A stretch of DNA of 64,000 nucleotides from an uncultured Rickettsiales bacterium (lineage in GTDB: Bacteria; Pseudomonadota; Alphaproteobacteria; Rickettsiales; 21-14-0-20-44-7). Shown piece by piece: positions 1 to 8,792 of the stretch. Position 1 is the first letter of the stretch. The number at the start of each line of letters is the position of its first letter. The position numbers and the translations under genes were made by a program. The notes under the pieces are model-generated. The model did no database searches, had not been told where the DNA came from, and saw only the letters and a list, made by a program, of their open reading frames with translations. The stretch spans positions 1,119 through 65,118 of the forward strand of contig CAZJFC010000002.1 of assembly GCA_964545245.1 (NCBI GenBank), written 5' to 3'.

Positions 1-507
1 GGGCTTGAAACGATCGTGCGGCTGAAAGGCGGCGACCCGTTTATTTTCGGGCGCGGCGGCGAGGAGATCGAGGCGCTTTCACAGGAAGGGATCACGTTTG
101 AGGTCATCCCCGGAGTGACGGCAGCGGCGGCTTGCGGCGCGGCTTTGGGCATCCCGCTTACGCACCGCGATTATGTTTCGGGCGTGCATTTCTTCACCGG
201 CCACGGCTGCCACGATATCGAGCCGGGGGTGGACTGGAAGATACTTGCGAGTGAGGACAAAACGCTGGCGATTTATATGGGGATAACCAATATCAGCCTC
301 ATCTGCCAAAGGCTGGTGGAACATGGGATGCAGCCCGATATGCCGGCGGTGGTGATCGAGAACGGCACGCAGGAGAACCAGCGCGAGTTCTTCGCGCCGC
401 TTTCCGCCCTGCCGGAGGTTATTGAGAAGAACGCGGTGAAATCGCCGGCGCTGATACTCATCGGCAAGGTAGTCGGTTTTGCGCTGGGTTTGAGGGGAAG
501 TCATTAG
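1..507 (+). CDS. cobA: Uroporphyrinogen-III C-methyltransferase (SUMT / CysG C-terminal type) fragment; the 5' end lies outside the window
   Basis: Frame 1 is open from base 1, so the GTG at 16 is only the ORF-caller start. The translation carries the tetrapyrrole-methylase signature RLKGGDPFIFGRGGEE and PGVTAAAACGAALGIPLTHRD. Confidence 0.8.
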   Translation, partial: GLETIVRLKGGDPFIFGRGGEEIEALSQEGITFEVIPGVTAAAACGAALGIPLTHRDYVSGVHFFTGHGCHDIEPGVDWKILASEDKTLAIYMGITNISLICQRLVEHGMQPDMPAVVIENGTQENQREFFAPLSALPEVIEKNAVKSPALILIGKVVGFALGLRGSH

Positions 508-630
508 TCGTTAGTCATTGGTCATTAGGGCCACCTCACCCCAACCCTCTCCTCATAGGAGAGGGAGCTACAATTTACCCCTGAGGGGATGGGGGAGGTG
601 GTACTCGACTCACGACTCAAGCTACTACTT
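498..630. repeat. Composite palindromic element: heptad arm + G/C-rich nested hairpins + inverted heptad arm
   Basis: Left arm is AAGTCAT TAGTCGT TAGTCAT TGGTCAT TAG; the cobA stop codon is its second TAG-containing unit. Core is CCACCTCACCCCAACCCTCTCC-TCAT-AGGAGAGGG ... CCCCTGAGGGGATGGGGGAGGTGG. Right arm is TACTCGA CTCACGA CTCAAGC TACTACT. The same core words recur at 1946, 3197 and 8793. Confidence 0.8.
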
Positions 631-1905
631 GCGAAGCAATGATTTTAACGTGAGGATGATGAACAGGAAGAAGCCGATCGCCATCAACCCGCCGCCGCCG
701 TGCATTACGTATTTGATGAGTTTTTCGGTGGAGTCGGAAAGCTGCATGTAATCAAGCCCGACGGTTTTGCGCTGTGCGCCGTGGCCGCCTAAAATGGCCA
801 TTCCGGCGATGTGCATGATCTGGCCGAGGCTGTAAAGCGCAATCTGAATTGATGCCCATTTGTTGCTGATTGCCCTGCCGCCAAGCGCAGGCAGGAGGTG
901 GTAGACGAGGCCCATCAGCGCGACGGTCACGGCGATGACCGAGCCGTGGTAATGCGCGGGGATGACGGTGGTGATTTCGCCCTGTGCCACGGCGTGCGCG
1001 GCTTTGGTGCCAAGCGTGCCGCCAAGGGTGAACAGGATGAACGAGAAAAGGAGGGCAAGGTAATATGCGTTAGTGAGTTTTTTTAGGTTGCAGGCAAGCG
1101 CAGCCAGCACCGCGAGGCCAATGGGCAGCGCGGCGAGGGAATTGCCGAAGATCATCTGTTTGGTGAAGTAGTTGATGTGCTCGGCGGATTCGACCGGAAC
1201 TGCGGTGTAGATGTAGAACGTGGTGACGAGAACGAACAGGACGGGGAGGGCGAAAATGATTTTCAGCCATTTTTCGCTGATGGCAACGCGCAAACCCGCC
1301 TGCGCGGCAATGAGCAGCCACGCGATAAGGAGGATTTGCACATAGGCGAATTGCAGGATATGCCCGCCGCCCCAGAACAGTGTTTCGTAAAACGCGTGGC
1401 TGGATGGCTGGTCGTGGATCGGGATGTATGACGCGCCGAAGGCGAGCAGCGAAAGGATGATTAGGAAGGCGACGCTGCGGGTTTTGAAGTCGATTCGCGC
1501 GCGTGCGGCGGCGATACTTTCATAACCTATCGCGGTGAGGAAAAGCGCGATTCCGGTTTTGAAGACGGGGTTGTCGAAAACCGGGATGTAGTTGTTGGAA
1601 TATGCCGCGCCGTCACCGAACGGGCTGAGCGCGACCATTGCCGTGGCGATTGCCGCTGCGATTACGGGGAGTTTGCTGCCCTCAGTGACGGCAAGGCGGA
1701 AGTAACCGGCGGTGATGGAAAGCAGCCACATCAATATGCCGAAATTCACGTGCATGATGATGGAAAGCTGGAAATAGTCTTTCAGCATGGTGCCGTCGGC
1801 GTTGCCGATGGTGCGGCCAATGATGAGCAGCGGCGCGATGATGCCCGAAAGGGCCAGCGAGATGATGCCGAGCAGGAACCAGTTGCGGGCGAGGGTGTTG
1901 TTCAT
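625..1905 (-). CDS. Polytopic membrane protein, heme-copper oxidase subunit I-like (orphan)
   Basis: 426-aa, very hydrophobic ORF. Its conserved-His pattern is reminiscent of HCO subunit I: IIMHVNFG, WGGGHILQFAY (compare WxxGHPxVY), PAHYHGS and IMHIAGMAILGGHG. No subunit II/III genes are adjacent. Confidence 0.4.
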   Translation of the reverse strand: MNNTLARNWFLLGIISLALSGIIAPLLIIGRTIGNADGTMLKDYFQLSIIMHVNFGILMWLLSITAGYFRLAVTEGSKLPVIAAAIATAMVALSPFGDGAAYSNNYIPVFDNPVFKTGIALFLTAIGYESIAAARARIDFKTRSVAFLIILSLLAFGASYIPIHDQPSSHAFYETLFWGGGHILQFAYVQILLIAWLLIAAQAGLRVAISEKWLKIIFALPVLFVLVTTFYIYTAVPVESAEHINYFTKQMIFGNSLAALPIGLAVLAALACNLKKLTNAYYLALLFSFILFTLGGTLGTKAAHAVAQGEITTVIPAHYHGSVIAVTVALMGLVYHLLPALGGRAISNKWASIQIALYSLGQIMHIAGMAILGGHGAQRKTVGLDYMQLSDSTEKLIKYVMHGGGGLMAIGFFLFIILTLKSLLRK

Positions 1906-1945
1906 TTTGCTGGTTTACTAAAATTCGGGGGAAAGGTCAAAAAAT

Positions 1946-2141
1946 GAGTCATTAGAGAGTCGTAAGTCGTATGTCGTAAGGGAAAATTCAGAATTTCTAA
2001 TGTTCCGAAGTTCCATCTTTAGCACCTCACCCCAACCCTCTCCTGATAGGAGAGGGAGCTACGGTTCACCCCTCCTATCAGGAGGGAAATATCTCTTTCA
2101 CCCCTCCTATCAGGAGGGGATGGGGGAGGTGGCCTAATGAC
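1946..2141. repeat. Composite palindromic element (heptad arm + three G/C-rich hairpins)
   Basis: Arm is GAGTCAT TAGAGAG TCGTAAG TCGTATG TCGTAAG. It is followed by CACCTCACCCCAACCCTCTCCTGATAGGAGAGGG, CCCCTCCTATCAGGAGGG and CCCCTCCTATCAGGAGGGGATGGGGGAGGTGG. The outer ends GTCATTAG...CTAATGAC are inverted. Confidence 0.8.
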
Positions 2142-3141
2142 TAAAAAGTTTCTTTGTGACAATGCCCTTCTTGTGCAGTGCCTTGATTTCCTTGTAGCCC
2201 GCGCCGGCTTTCAGCTTGCGGGTTTGTGGGGGTTTTCCGGCGGTGATTTTTTCGGAGAAGGAGTTGATGTAAATGGTGAAGCCGGTCGCGTTCAGCCCGC
2301 CGGTGGAATAGCGGCCACCGCGGCCAAGTTCGTCGCGGATGTTTTTGGCGAAAAGCGAGAAGCTGAATGTGTTGTGGTATTCAAAACCGCGGTTTTCGGC
2401 AAAATCGGCGGTGATGTTGACAGGGAGTTTGGTGGCGCGTATCTCGTCATAAACCGCGCGGAGATATTCGAGCTGTTTTTTGCATTTTGCGGGGAGTTTA
2501 ACCGCGAAGCTTTTTTCGGCGTTGCCGGAGGCTTTTGCTAGTTCGGCTAAGGTTTTTGGCAGTTTTGCAAGGTCACGCTTGGCGAGCGCGTTGCTGATCT
2601 CCGGGGTTATACCGATGCCCAGCGAACCGACGAGGCCGGGGGCGTTGAGGTCGATCGTGATGTCCTTGAGGCCGACTTCGAGGAGGGATTCGATTGCGAT
2701 GATGGCAATTTCAGCATCGGCGGAAGGGTTTGGTTTCTTGTCGAAAAGTTCCAGCCCGGCCTGGCGTAACTGGCGCTGGCCGCGGGTGTTGAGGGCGTAG
2801 GAACGCACGATGTCGCCAGCGTAGCAAAGGCGGAGCGGCAGTTCGGCTTCCTCCATGCGCGATTTGGCGAGGCGTGCAACCTGCGTGGTGATGTCGGCGC
2901 GGATGCCGACGATTTTTTGCGAGGCAGGGTCGGTGAGTTTTAACGTGCGCGGCTCAAGCGCGTTGCCAGCGCCGCTGAAAAGGGAGGTTGCGAATTCCAG
3001 CAGCGGGGTGGAAACAAGCTCATAGCCCCAGTTGCGGAAATTGCCGATGAATTTCTGCGTGCAGAAATATTCCTTCGCGGCGTCTGCGGGAAGCAGGTCG
3101 CGAAAGCCGGAGGGCAAAAGGAAATTACTCTTATCTGTCAT
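2134..3141 (-). CDS. hisZ: ATP phosphoribosyltransferase regulatory subunit HisZ (HisRS paralogue without anticodon-binding domain)
   Basis: The N-terminus LLPSGFRDLLPADA...WGYELVSTPLLEF is HisRS class II-like. The protein is short, and a full hisS is present at 47935. I prefer the start at the ATG at 3141 (MTDKSNF) over the ORF-track start at 3168. Confidence 0.75.
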   Translation of the reverse strand: MTDKSNFLLPSGFRDLLPADAAKEYFCTQKFIGNFRNWGYELVSTPLLEFATSLFSGAGNALEPRTLKLTDPASQKIVGIRADITTQVARLAKSRMEEAELPLRLCYAGDIVRSYALNTRGQRQLRQAGLELFDKKPNPSADAEIAIIAIESLLEVGLKDITIDLNAPGLVGSLGIGITPEISNALAKRDLAKLPKTLAELAKASGNAEKSFAVKLPAKCKKQLEYLRAVYDEIRATKLPVNITADFAENRGFEYHNTFSFSLFAKNIRDELGRGGRYSTGGLNATGFTIYINSFSEKITAGKPPQTRKLKAGAGYKEIKALHKKGIVTKKLFSH

Positions 3142-3196
3142 AACTTTATGGCGTTTTTCATAAAGCAAAAATGCTGTAAATTAAAGGGGAAAGTTT

Positions 3197-3332
3197 TAGT
3201 CGGTGGTCTGTGGTCGGTAGTCTGTAGCTTTTCCACCTCCCCCATCCCCTCCTGATAGGAGGGGAGAATTATAACTCCCTCTCCTATCAGGAGAGGGTTG
3301 GGGTGAGTGGGGGTAAGAAACTGACACTCATG
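3197..3332. repeat. Composite palindromic element
   Basis: Arm is TAGTCGG TGGTCTG TGGTCGG TAGTCTG TAG. It is followed by CCACCTCCCCCATCCCCTCCTGATAGGAGGGG and CCCTCTCCTATCAGGAGAGGGTTGGGGTGAG, then a GACACTCA-type tail. Confidence 0.8.
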
Positions 3333-3337
3333 AGTTT

Positions 3338-3979
3338 CTAAATAATATTTTTAGCAGTAAGGAGTTTGAAAGCTAGGGCGGTGGGGTGCTCCTTATTTTG
3401 GTTTTTGAGGTAATGGCGGGCGATGACGGTGAGGGCGGAGCGGCCTTTTGCGAGCGGGGCGGCGGCTTCGGCGAGTTGGGTGGATAAGGCTTGCTGTTCA
3501 GGTTTTTTGGCTAGTTTGTGCGCGAATTTCGCATAGGCGTAGCCAAGTGCCAGTGGCTCGGAATATGGGCGGTTTATGGCGGTGGCGACTTGTTCAATAA
3601 CTATGCAGTCGGTTTTTTTTATGAAGGAGGTAAGTTCATCCAGCGTGCGCGGCTGCCGGTTTTCGAGCAATTGCCAGTAAGCGTCCACCACTTCATGCAG
3701 CTTTGCCCAGTCCGGTGAGTGTTGGGAAAGTTCCTTCAGGATGGGGTGCGGGCGGGGTGGTTTGCCTTGGGTTATCTCGTCCAGCACATCGCGCCACCAC
3801 TGCATTTTTATCATGCCGACCATCGGTTCGGAAACCTCAAGCGGTATCGCCGCGATTTCCTGATGGAAGCAGAACAACGCAGTCACCAGCGGTTTCTTGC
3901 CCACGGGCGCAAGCGCAGCGGCGAGGTATTGCGGGTAGTCCTTTTCCTTGAGGCTGGCTGAGTTGATATCAGATCGCAT
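3338..3979 (-). CDS. Squalene/phytoene synthase family protein lacking the Asp-rich motifs (NDUFAF6-like)
   Basis: 213 aa. FCFHQEIAAIP sits where phytoene synthases have YAFCRxxDD. The KMQWWRDVLDEI motif is typical of the short alphaproteobacterial family. Confidence 0.55.
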   Translation of the reverse strand: MRSDINSASLKEKDYPQYLAAALAPVGKKPLVTALFCFHQEIAAIPLEVSEPMVGMIKMQWWRDVLDEITQGKPPRPHPILKELSQHSPDWAKLHEVVDAYWQLLENRQPRTLDELTSFIKKTDCIVIEQVATAINRPYSEPLALGYAYAKFAHKLAKKPEQQALSTQLAEAAAPLAKGRSALTVIARHYLKNQNKEHPTALAFKLLTAKNII

Positions 3980-4556
3980 CTTTTACCAGCGGGATGGTTA
4001 TGTTGCGCTTTTCGGCGAGGGAAAGCTTGTCGATGCGTTCAACTGCTTCTGCCGCTTTTTCAAAACTGCGCTCAACGCGGGAGGCGAGGAATGATAAAAC
4101 TTCGTCGGAAACCTTGAGTTGGCGTGCGTTGAAATGGCGGGCGAATAGCATATAAAACAACTGGTTGTCAGGCTCCCTGAGGGCGACAGAATTAACTGCG
4201 GCAAGGCGTGAGGTGAGGTCGGGCAGTTTAAAACCCAGTGAGTTCAGCGGGGTGGCGGAGGTGAGCAGGATGTGTTTCCCCTCCTCTTTCACCTGGTTCA
4301 GCGTGTGGAGGAGGAGTTGTTCGTCCATTTCGGCGGAGACATCTTCTATGATGACTGCGCTATCACCCGCGAGGTTGTTGAGGATGTTGGCAAGGTAGGT
4401 TTTGCCGCTGCCCTTCGGCCCGTGGATGTTGAGTGCATAGCCTGCCCACGGAAAGGCGGTGGCGGATTCATAGGCAAGGCGGTTCGACTCCGAAACGAGG
4501 AAGTTTTCGGGCGTATAATCGTGATCCGGCTCAAACTGGAAAGTTGCTTGTCCCAT
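3969..4556 (-). CDS. hdaA: DnaA regulatory inactivator HdaA
   Basis: 195 aa. It has a Walker A-like GPKGSGKTYLANI, the box DEQLLLHTLN, and a DnaA domain III-like C-terminus ending in NITIPLVKDAI. Confidence 0.75.
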   Translation of the reverse strand: MGQATFQFEPDHDYTPENFLVSESNRLAYESATAFPWAGYALNIHGPKGSGKTYLANILNNLAGDSAVIIEDVSAEMDEQLLLHTLNQVKEEGKHILLTSATPLNSLGFKLPDLTSRLAAVNSVALREPDNQLFYMLFARHFNARQLKVSDEVLSFLASRVERSFEKAAEAVERIDKLSLAEKRNITIPLVKDAI

Positions 4557-4584
4557 TACGGGAATATTCTATATAGTAAACGCC

Positions 4585-5187
4585 ATGCAAAAACCATTTG
4601 AAAAAATAACCCCGGATTCTGACCCCTTCGCAATCTTTACGGAATGGTACGGCGCGGCGCAGAAAACCGTGAAAGAGCCGACCGCCTTTAACCTTGCCAC
4701 GGTGGGGCGTGACGGCAGGCCGTCATCGCGCATTGTGCTGCTAAAAAATTTCGATCCGCGGGGGTTTGTATTTTATACCAATTCGCAAAGCAAGAAAGGT
4801 GCTGCTATCGCCAAAAACCAGAATGTGGCGCTGAACTTCTTCTGGGCTGACCTGCAAAAGCAGATACGCATTGAAGGCGTGACTGAAAAAGTGGAAGGCG
4901 CGGAGGCTGACGGATATTATAACAGCCGCGAGCTGGGTAAAAGAATCGGCGCATGGGCGAGTTTGCAGTCGGAGATCCTGCCGAAGCGGGAGGATCTGTT
5001 CAGGCGGATCCAGGACTTTATGGAAAAATTCGGCGATAACCCGCCTCGCCCGCCGCACTGGCATGGCTACCGCGTGAAGCCGGATTATTTCGAGTTCTGG
5101 CAGGAGGGCGAGTTCCGCCTTCATGAACGTGATGTTTTCGAGCGCAGGAAGGATGGTTCGTGGGCGCATTATAAGTTGTATCCATAA
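4585..5187 (+). CDS. pdxH: Pyridoxamine 5'-phosphate oxidase
   Basis: RIVLLKNFDPRGFVFYTNSQSKKG, IRIEG, and the C-terminal HWHGYRVKPDYFEFWQEGEFRLHERDVF are classical PdxH motifs. Confidence 0.9.
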   Translation: MQKPFEKITPDSDPFAIFTEWYGAAQKTVKEPTAFNLATVGRDGRPSSRIVLLKNFDPRGFVFYTNSQSKKGAAIAKNQNVALNFFWADLQKQIRIEGVTEKVEGAEADGYYNSRELGKRIGAWASLQSEILPKREDLFRRIQDFMEKFGDNPPRPPHWHGYRVKPDYFEFWQEGEFRLHERDVFERRKDGSWAHYKLYP

Positions 5188-5191
5188 AAGT

Positions 5192-5325
5192 TAGTCGCTG
5201 GTCTCTGGTCACTGGTCGCTAGCGAGTAGTCAGGTTGGAGCGAGCGAGGCAGGAGGCCGAGCCAGTCCTGAGCGTGCCGGAGGCACAGCCCATCGGAGGC
5301 GCAGGAGCGCCGCACGGGGGCAAAA
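5192..5325. repeat. Heptad arm plus multi-hairpin repeat (family copy A)
   Basis: Arm is TAGTCGC TGGTCTC TGGTCAC TGGTCGC TAGCGAG TAGTCAG. It is followed by GCGAGGCAGGAGGCCGAGCCAG and GAGCGTGCCGGAGGCACAGCCCATCGGAGGCGCAGGAGCGCCGCACGGGGGCAAAA. An inverted copy lies at 10815-10900 and a truncated copy at 63962-64000. Confidence 0.8.
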
Positions 5326-5371
5326 TAATAATTCAGTTGCCCGCAAGCGGGGGTTGCGATAAAACACCAGA

Positions 5372-6892
5372 ATGGTGGCGCATATTACAACCGTTGCGTT
5401 TGAAGGGCTTTCGGTCACGCAGATTGATGTTCAGGTACAGATTTCACCGGGTTTGCCGGCTTTCATAATTGTCGGGCTTGCCGATAAGGCCGTCGCGGAA
5501 AGCAAGGAACGCGTGCGTGCCGCGCTTTCGGCGATTGGCCTTGCGCTTCCCGCTAAACGTGTGGTGGTGAACCTTGCGCCGGCGGATATCATCAAAATCG
5601 GCAGCCATTACGATTTGCCGATCGCGATCGGCCTGCTGGTCGCCATGAAAATTATCCCGCAGGACGCGGCGGAGGAATTCTTCTGCATGGGCGAGTTGGG
5701 GCTTGATGGTAAAATCCTCCCTGTAAGCGGTGTTCTGCCCGCGAGCATTGAGGCGAAGGCAACCGGGAAAGGCATCATCTGCCCGGAAGCCTGCGGCCCG
5801 GAGGCGGCATGGGCGGGGGAGCTGGACATCCTTGCGGCGCCGGGGCTGGTTTCGCTCATCAACCATTTCAAGGGCAATGAGGTGATGAAACGCCCACAGG
5901 TCAAGGTGAGGGAGTCGGCAAAAAAACATGCCTGTTTGCGTGACATCAAGGGGCAGGAAAACGCGAAACGCGCGCTCGAAATCGCGGCGGCGGGCGGGCA
6001 TAATATCCTGATGCTTGGCCCGCCGGGCGCGGGGAAGTCAATGCTTTCATCGCGGCTTATCGGGCTGCTGCCGCCGCTTTCCGCCGAGGAAATACTGGAG
6101 GTGAGCATAATCAATTCCATCGCCGGGAAAATTTCCGATACCGGCCTCACGGCGGAGCGCCCATACCGTGACCCGCACCATTCAACCTCGATGGCGGCGC
6201 TGGTTGGTGGCGGCAAACGGGCTTATCCGGGCGAGATTTCCCTTGCCCATAAGGGAGTGCTGTTCCTCGACGAATTGCCGGAATTTAACCGTGATGTGCT
6301 GGAATCCCTCCGCCAGCCGATGGAGGCCGGGAACGTAACCATCGCCCGTGCGAACACTCATGTGACCTATCCAGCAAGGTTCCAGCTTGTTGCAGCGATG
6401 AACCCGTGCCGCTGCGGCTACCTTGACGATGCGGGCAGGGCTTGCGGCAAAGCGCCGAGATGCGGTAGTGATTACCAGTCGAAAATTTCCGGCCCGTTAT
6501 ATGACAGGATCGACTTGTTCATTGACGTACCCGCGCTCACCCCGCAGGATATGATGCGCGAAGGCAATGAAGGCGAGCCGACAAGCCTTATCGCAAAACG
6601 CGTGGCGAAAGCCCGTGAGGCGCAGAAACAAAGGTATCATAACGACAATATGAAATATTTCACCAATGCGGAAGTTGACGGGGAATATCTGGAAAAAGTC
6701 GCCACGCCGGACGGGGATGGCAAAAAACTCCTGATGCAGGCAGTGGAGAATTTCGGCATCTCCATGCGCGGATATAACCGTATCCTGCGGGTTGCACGCA
6801 CCATCGCTGACCTTGAAGGAGCCGGGCAGATTGCAAAAAAACATGTCGCCGAGGCGATTTCATACCGGCAAAAAGCCTATGGGCAGGGCTAG
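5372..6892 (+). CDS. comM: YifB/ComM family Mg-chelatase-like ATPase
   Basis: 506 aa. It has an N-terminal Lon-protease-like domain, Walker A GPPGAGKS, LFLDELPEF, and a Cys cluster NPCRCGY...CGKAPRC. Confidence 0.9.
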   Translation: MVAHITTVAFEGLSVTQIDVQVQISPGLPAFIIVGLADKAVAESKERVRAALSAIGLALPAKRVVVNLAPADIIKIGSHYDLPIAIGLLVAMKIIPQDAAEEFFCMGELGLDGKILPVSGVLPASIEAKATGKGIICPEACGPEAAWAGELDILAAPGLVSLINHFKGNEVMKRPQVKVRESAKKHACLRDIKGQENAKRALEIAAAGGHNILMLGPPGAGKSMLSSRLIGLLPPLSAEEILEVSIINSIAGKISDTGLTAERPYRDPHHSTSMAALVGGGKRAYPGEISLAHKGVLFLDELPEFNRDVLESLRQPMEAGNVTIARANTHVTYPARFQLVAAMNPCRCGYLDDAGRACGKAPRCGSDYQSKISGPLYDRIDLFIDVPALTPQDMMREGNEGEPTSLIAKRVAKAREAQKQRYHNDNMKYFTNAEVDGEYLEKVATPDGDGKKLLMQAVENFGISMRGYNRILRVARTIADLEGAGQIAKKHVAEAISYRQKAYGQG

Positions 6893-7001
6893 TGGCAAAA
6901 ATGTGGTGCAGCCATGTTACATAGAGAAAAAATTAACTATTTATGCTACATAATATAGGGCGCTAATAATTTGTTAACGATTGGGGTTATAATTCTTACG
7001 C

Positions 7002-8765
7002 ATGAACCTAGCAAAGGACCAGAAAAAAGCCTTTTCCCGCAGATTGCGGCTGGTCAGCGCTTCGATTTTGTTTATTTTCTGCGTAATCATAGTCATCCAG
7101 GCGGTGTGGACGCATGAGGTGGCGCTGAAACGCGGGAATCTAATCGCCGAGCGCCTGACCAGGATCGAGGCCGACCATATTGAACTCACGTTTAATACAA
7201 TCAGGCTCATCCTCAAGGGCGAGGCCGAGAAATATTATTATAGCTCGCTGTTCAGCAACGGCACGGAAGGCAGCACAAAGGTTAATGAGGATATTGAATC
7301 AGACCTTCAGAGGATCGTTTCCGACACGCCGCAGGTTGGCTGGCTGATGGTGGCGAACAGGGAAGGCGTGGTTGATATCTCCGCCGCCAAGAAGAAATAT
7401 GCCGGGCTGGTGGCGGAAAAGAAAACCGTCGCCGGGGAGGAGTTTTTCAAGAGCCACCGCATAACCCGCGCGAATATGGGTGGCTTCAAGGGTGAAACCG
7501 TGACTGTGCATTCCGGCAATGACGAGCTTAGTAAACGCATGATTATCGTGAGCCACCCGCTTTATAAATTCGACGGGAATTTCGACGGGGTTATCGCAAT
7601 CGCCATCGATGCGGATTATTTCTTCGGGTTCTTCAAATCAATCGAGATCGGCAACAGGATGGAAATGGCTATCGTGGTCAGTGACGGCCAGCTCATCCTT
7701 TCGGAAAACGCCGCAATGCAGAATATGAACATGCTTGAAATCATCAATTCCGATGAAAAACTGAAAAACTCCGATCTGCGTAAAGTCCAGATCAAGGATA
7801 TGGAACTGAACGGGCAGGAATATCTGGTTTCCTTCCGTAAGCTGCGTAATAACCCGATTATCCTTTCGCTGATATTCGATAAGGAAGGGCTGCTTGCAAG
7901 CTGGCGCAACGACCGCATGACGGACCTTGTATTCCTTGTGCTGTTCACGGTGTTCGGCGCGGTGCTGTTCTCGCTCATCCTTGCCATGGCAAAACAGATC
8001 CAGCGTGCCGAGGAATCGGAAAAACGGGCATTGCTCGCAAATCAGGCGAAGTCGGAATTTTTCGCGAAAATGAGCCACGAGTTGCGCACACCGCTTAACG
8101 CGATTATCGGCTTCTCGGAAATGATTGATAACGGCTATTTCGGGGAGCTTAACAACAACCGCCAGAAAGAGCGTATTCATGACATCAACCTTTGCGGCAA
8201 CCATCTCTTGCAGCTTATCAACGATATTCTCGACTATTCAAAAGGCGAGGCGGGCAAGCTTGAACTGCGCGAAGGCGAGGTGCTGGTGCCGAAAGTCATC
8301 GAGGACTCGCTGCGCATGATACGCGAACGCGCAAAACGCAAATCGCTCGATATCCAGACCATCATAACCCAAGACCTGCCGCGCCTGCTTGCCGATGAAC
8401 GCAAGATTAAGCAGATACTCCTTAACCTTATTTCCAATGCGGTGAAATTCACCCCGGAAAATGGCAAAATCACTATTTCCGCCGCGATGAATAGCAATAA
8501 TGAAATGGTTATAAGCGTGAGGGATACCGGTGTGGGCATCCCTGAAGATGAGATCCCGGTTGCGCTTTCAGTGTTCGGGCAGGTGAAGAACCGCAGCCCT
8601 GAAGATGAGGAAGGAACCGGGCTTGGCCTCCCGCTCTGTAAAATGCTGACCGAGCTTCACGGCGGGAAGTTCATTCTTGAAAGCAAGGTGGGCAAATGGA
8701 CCAAGGCAACGGTCATCCTGCCGCCTTCCCGCGTGATCGATAAGAAGATAAAGAAAGCTGTTTAG
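7002..8765 (+). CDS. Membrane sensor histidine kinase (extracytoplasmic sensor domain + HisKA + HATPase_c)
   Basis: Two TM segments bracket a sensor region of about 270 aa. H-box is SHELRTPLNAIIGFSE, N-box is LLNLISNAVKFT, and G-boxes are RDTGVGI and GTGLGL. Confidence 0.85.
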   Translation: MNLAKDQKKAFSRRLRLVSASILFIFCVIIVIQAVWTHEVALKRGNLIAERLTRIEADHIELTFNTIRLILKGEAEKYYYSSLFSNGTEGSTKVNEDIESDLQRIVSDTPQVGWLMVANREGVVDISAAKKKYAGLVAEKKTVAGEEFFKSHRITRANMGGFKGETVTVHSGNDELSKRMIIVSHPLYKFDGNFDGVIAIAIDADYFFGFFKSIEIGNRMEMAIVVSDGQLILSENAAMQNMNMLEIINSDEKLKNSDLRKVQIKDMELNGQEYLVSFRKLRNNPIILSLIFDKEGLLASWRNDRMTDLVFLVLFTVFGAVLFSLILAMAKQIQRAEESEKRALLANQAKSEFFAKMSHELRTPLNAIIGFSEMIDNGYFGELNNNRQKERIHDINLCGNHLLQLINDILDYSKGEAGKLELREGEVLVPKVIEDSLRMIRERAKRKSLDIQTIITQDLPRLLADERKIKQILLNLISNAVKFTPENGKITISAAMNSNNEMVISVRDTGVGIPEDEIPVALSVFGQVKNRSPEDEEGTGLGLPLCKMLTELHGGKFILESKVGKWTKATVILPPSRVIDKKIKKAV

Positions 8766-8792
8766 CGGATTTTTCCTTTGTCATTAATGGGC

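Noticed and set aside
518-751. 77-aa plus-strand ORF (similarly 8713..9138 minus and 63714..63989 plus) encoding PSPHRRGS / GEG-type peptides.
   Set aside because: These ORFs simply read through the intergenic palindromic repeats. They have no start context, and they overlap real genes or repeat arms.
5444-6216. 185-aa and 202-aa minus-strand ORFs inside comM; 213-aa plus-strand ORF 17952..18593 inside exoD.
   Set aside because: They are shadow ORFs opposite strongly supported genes.
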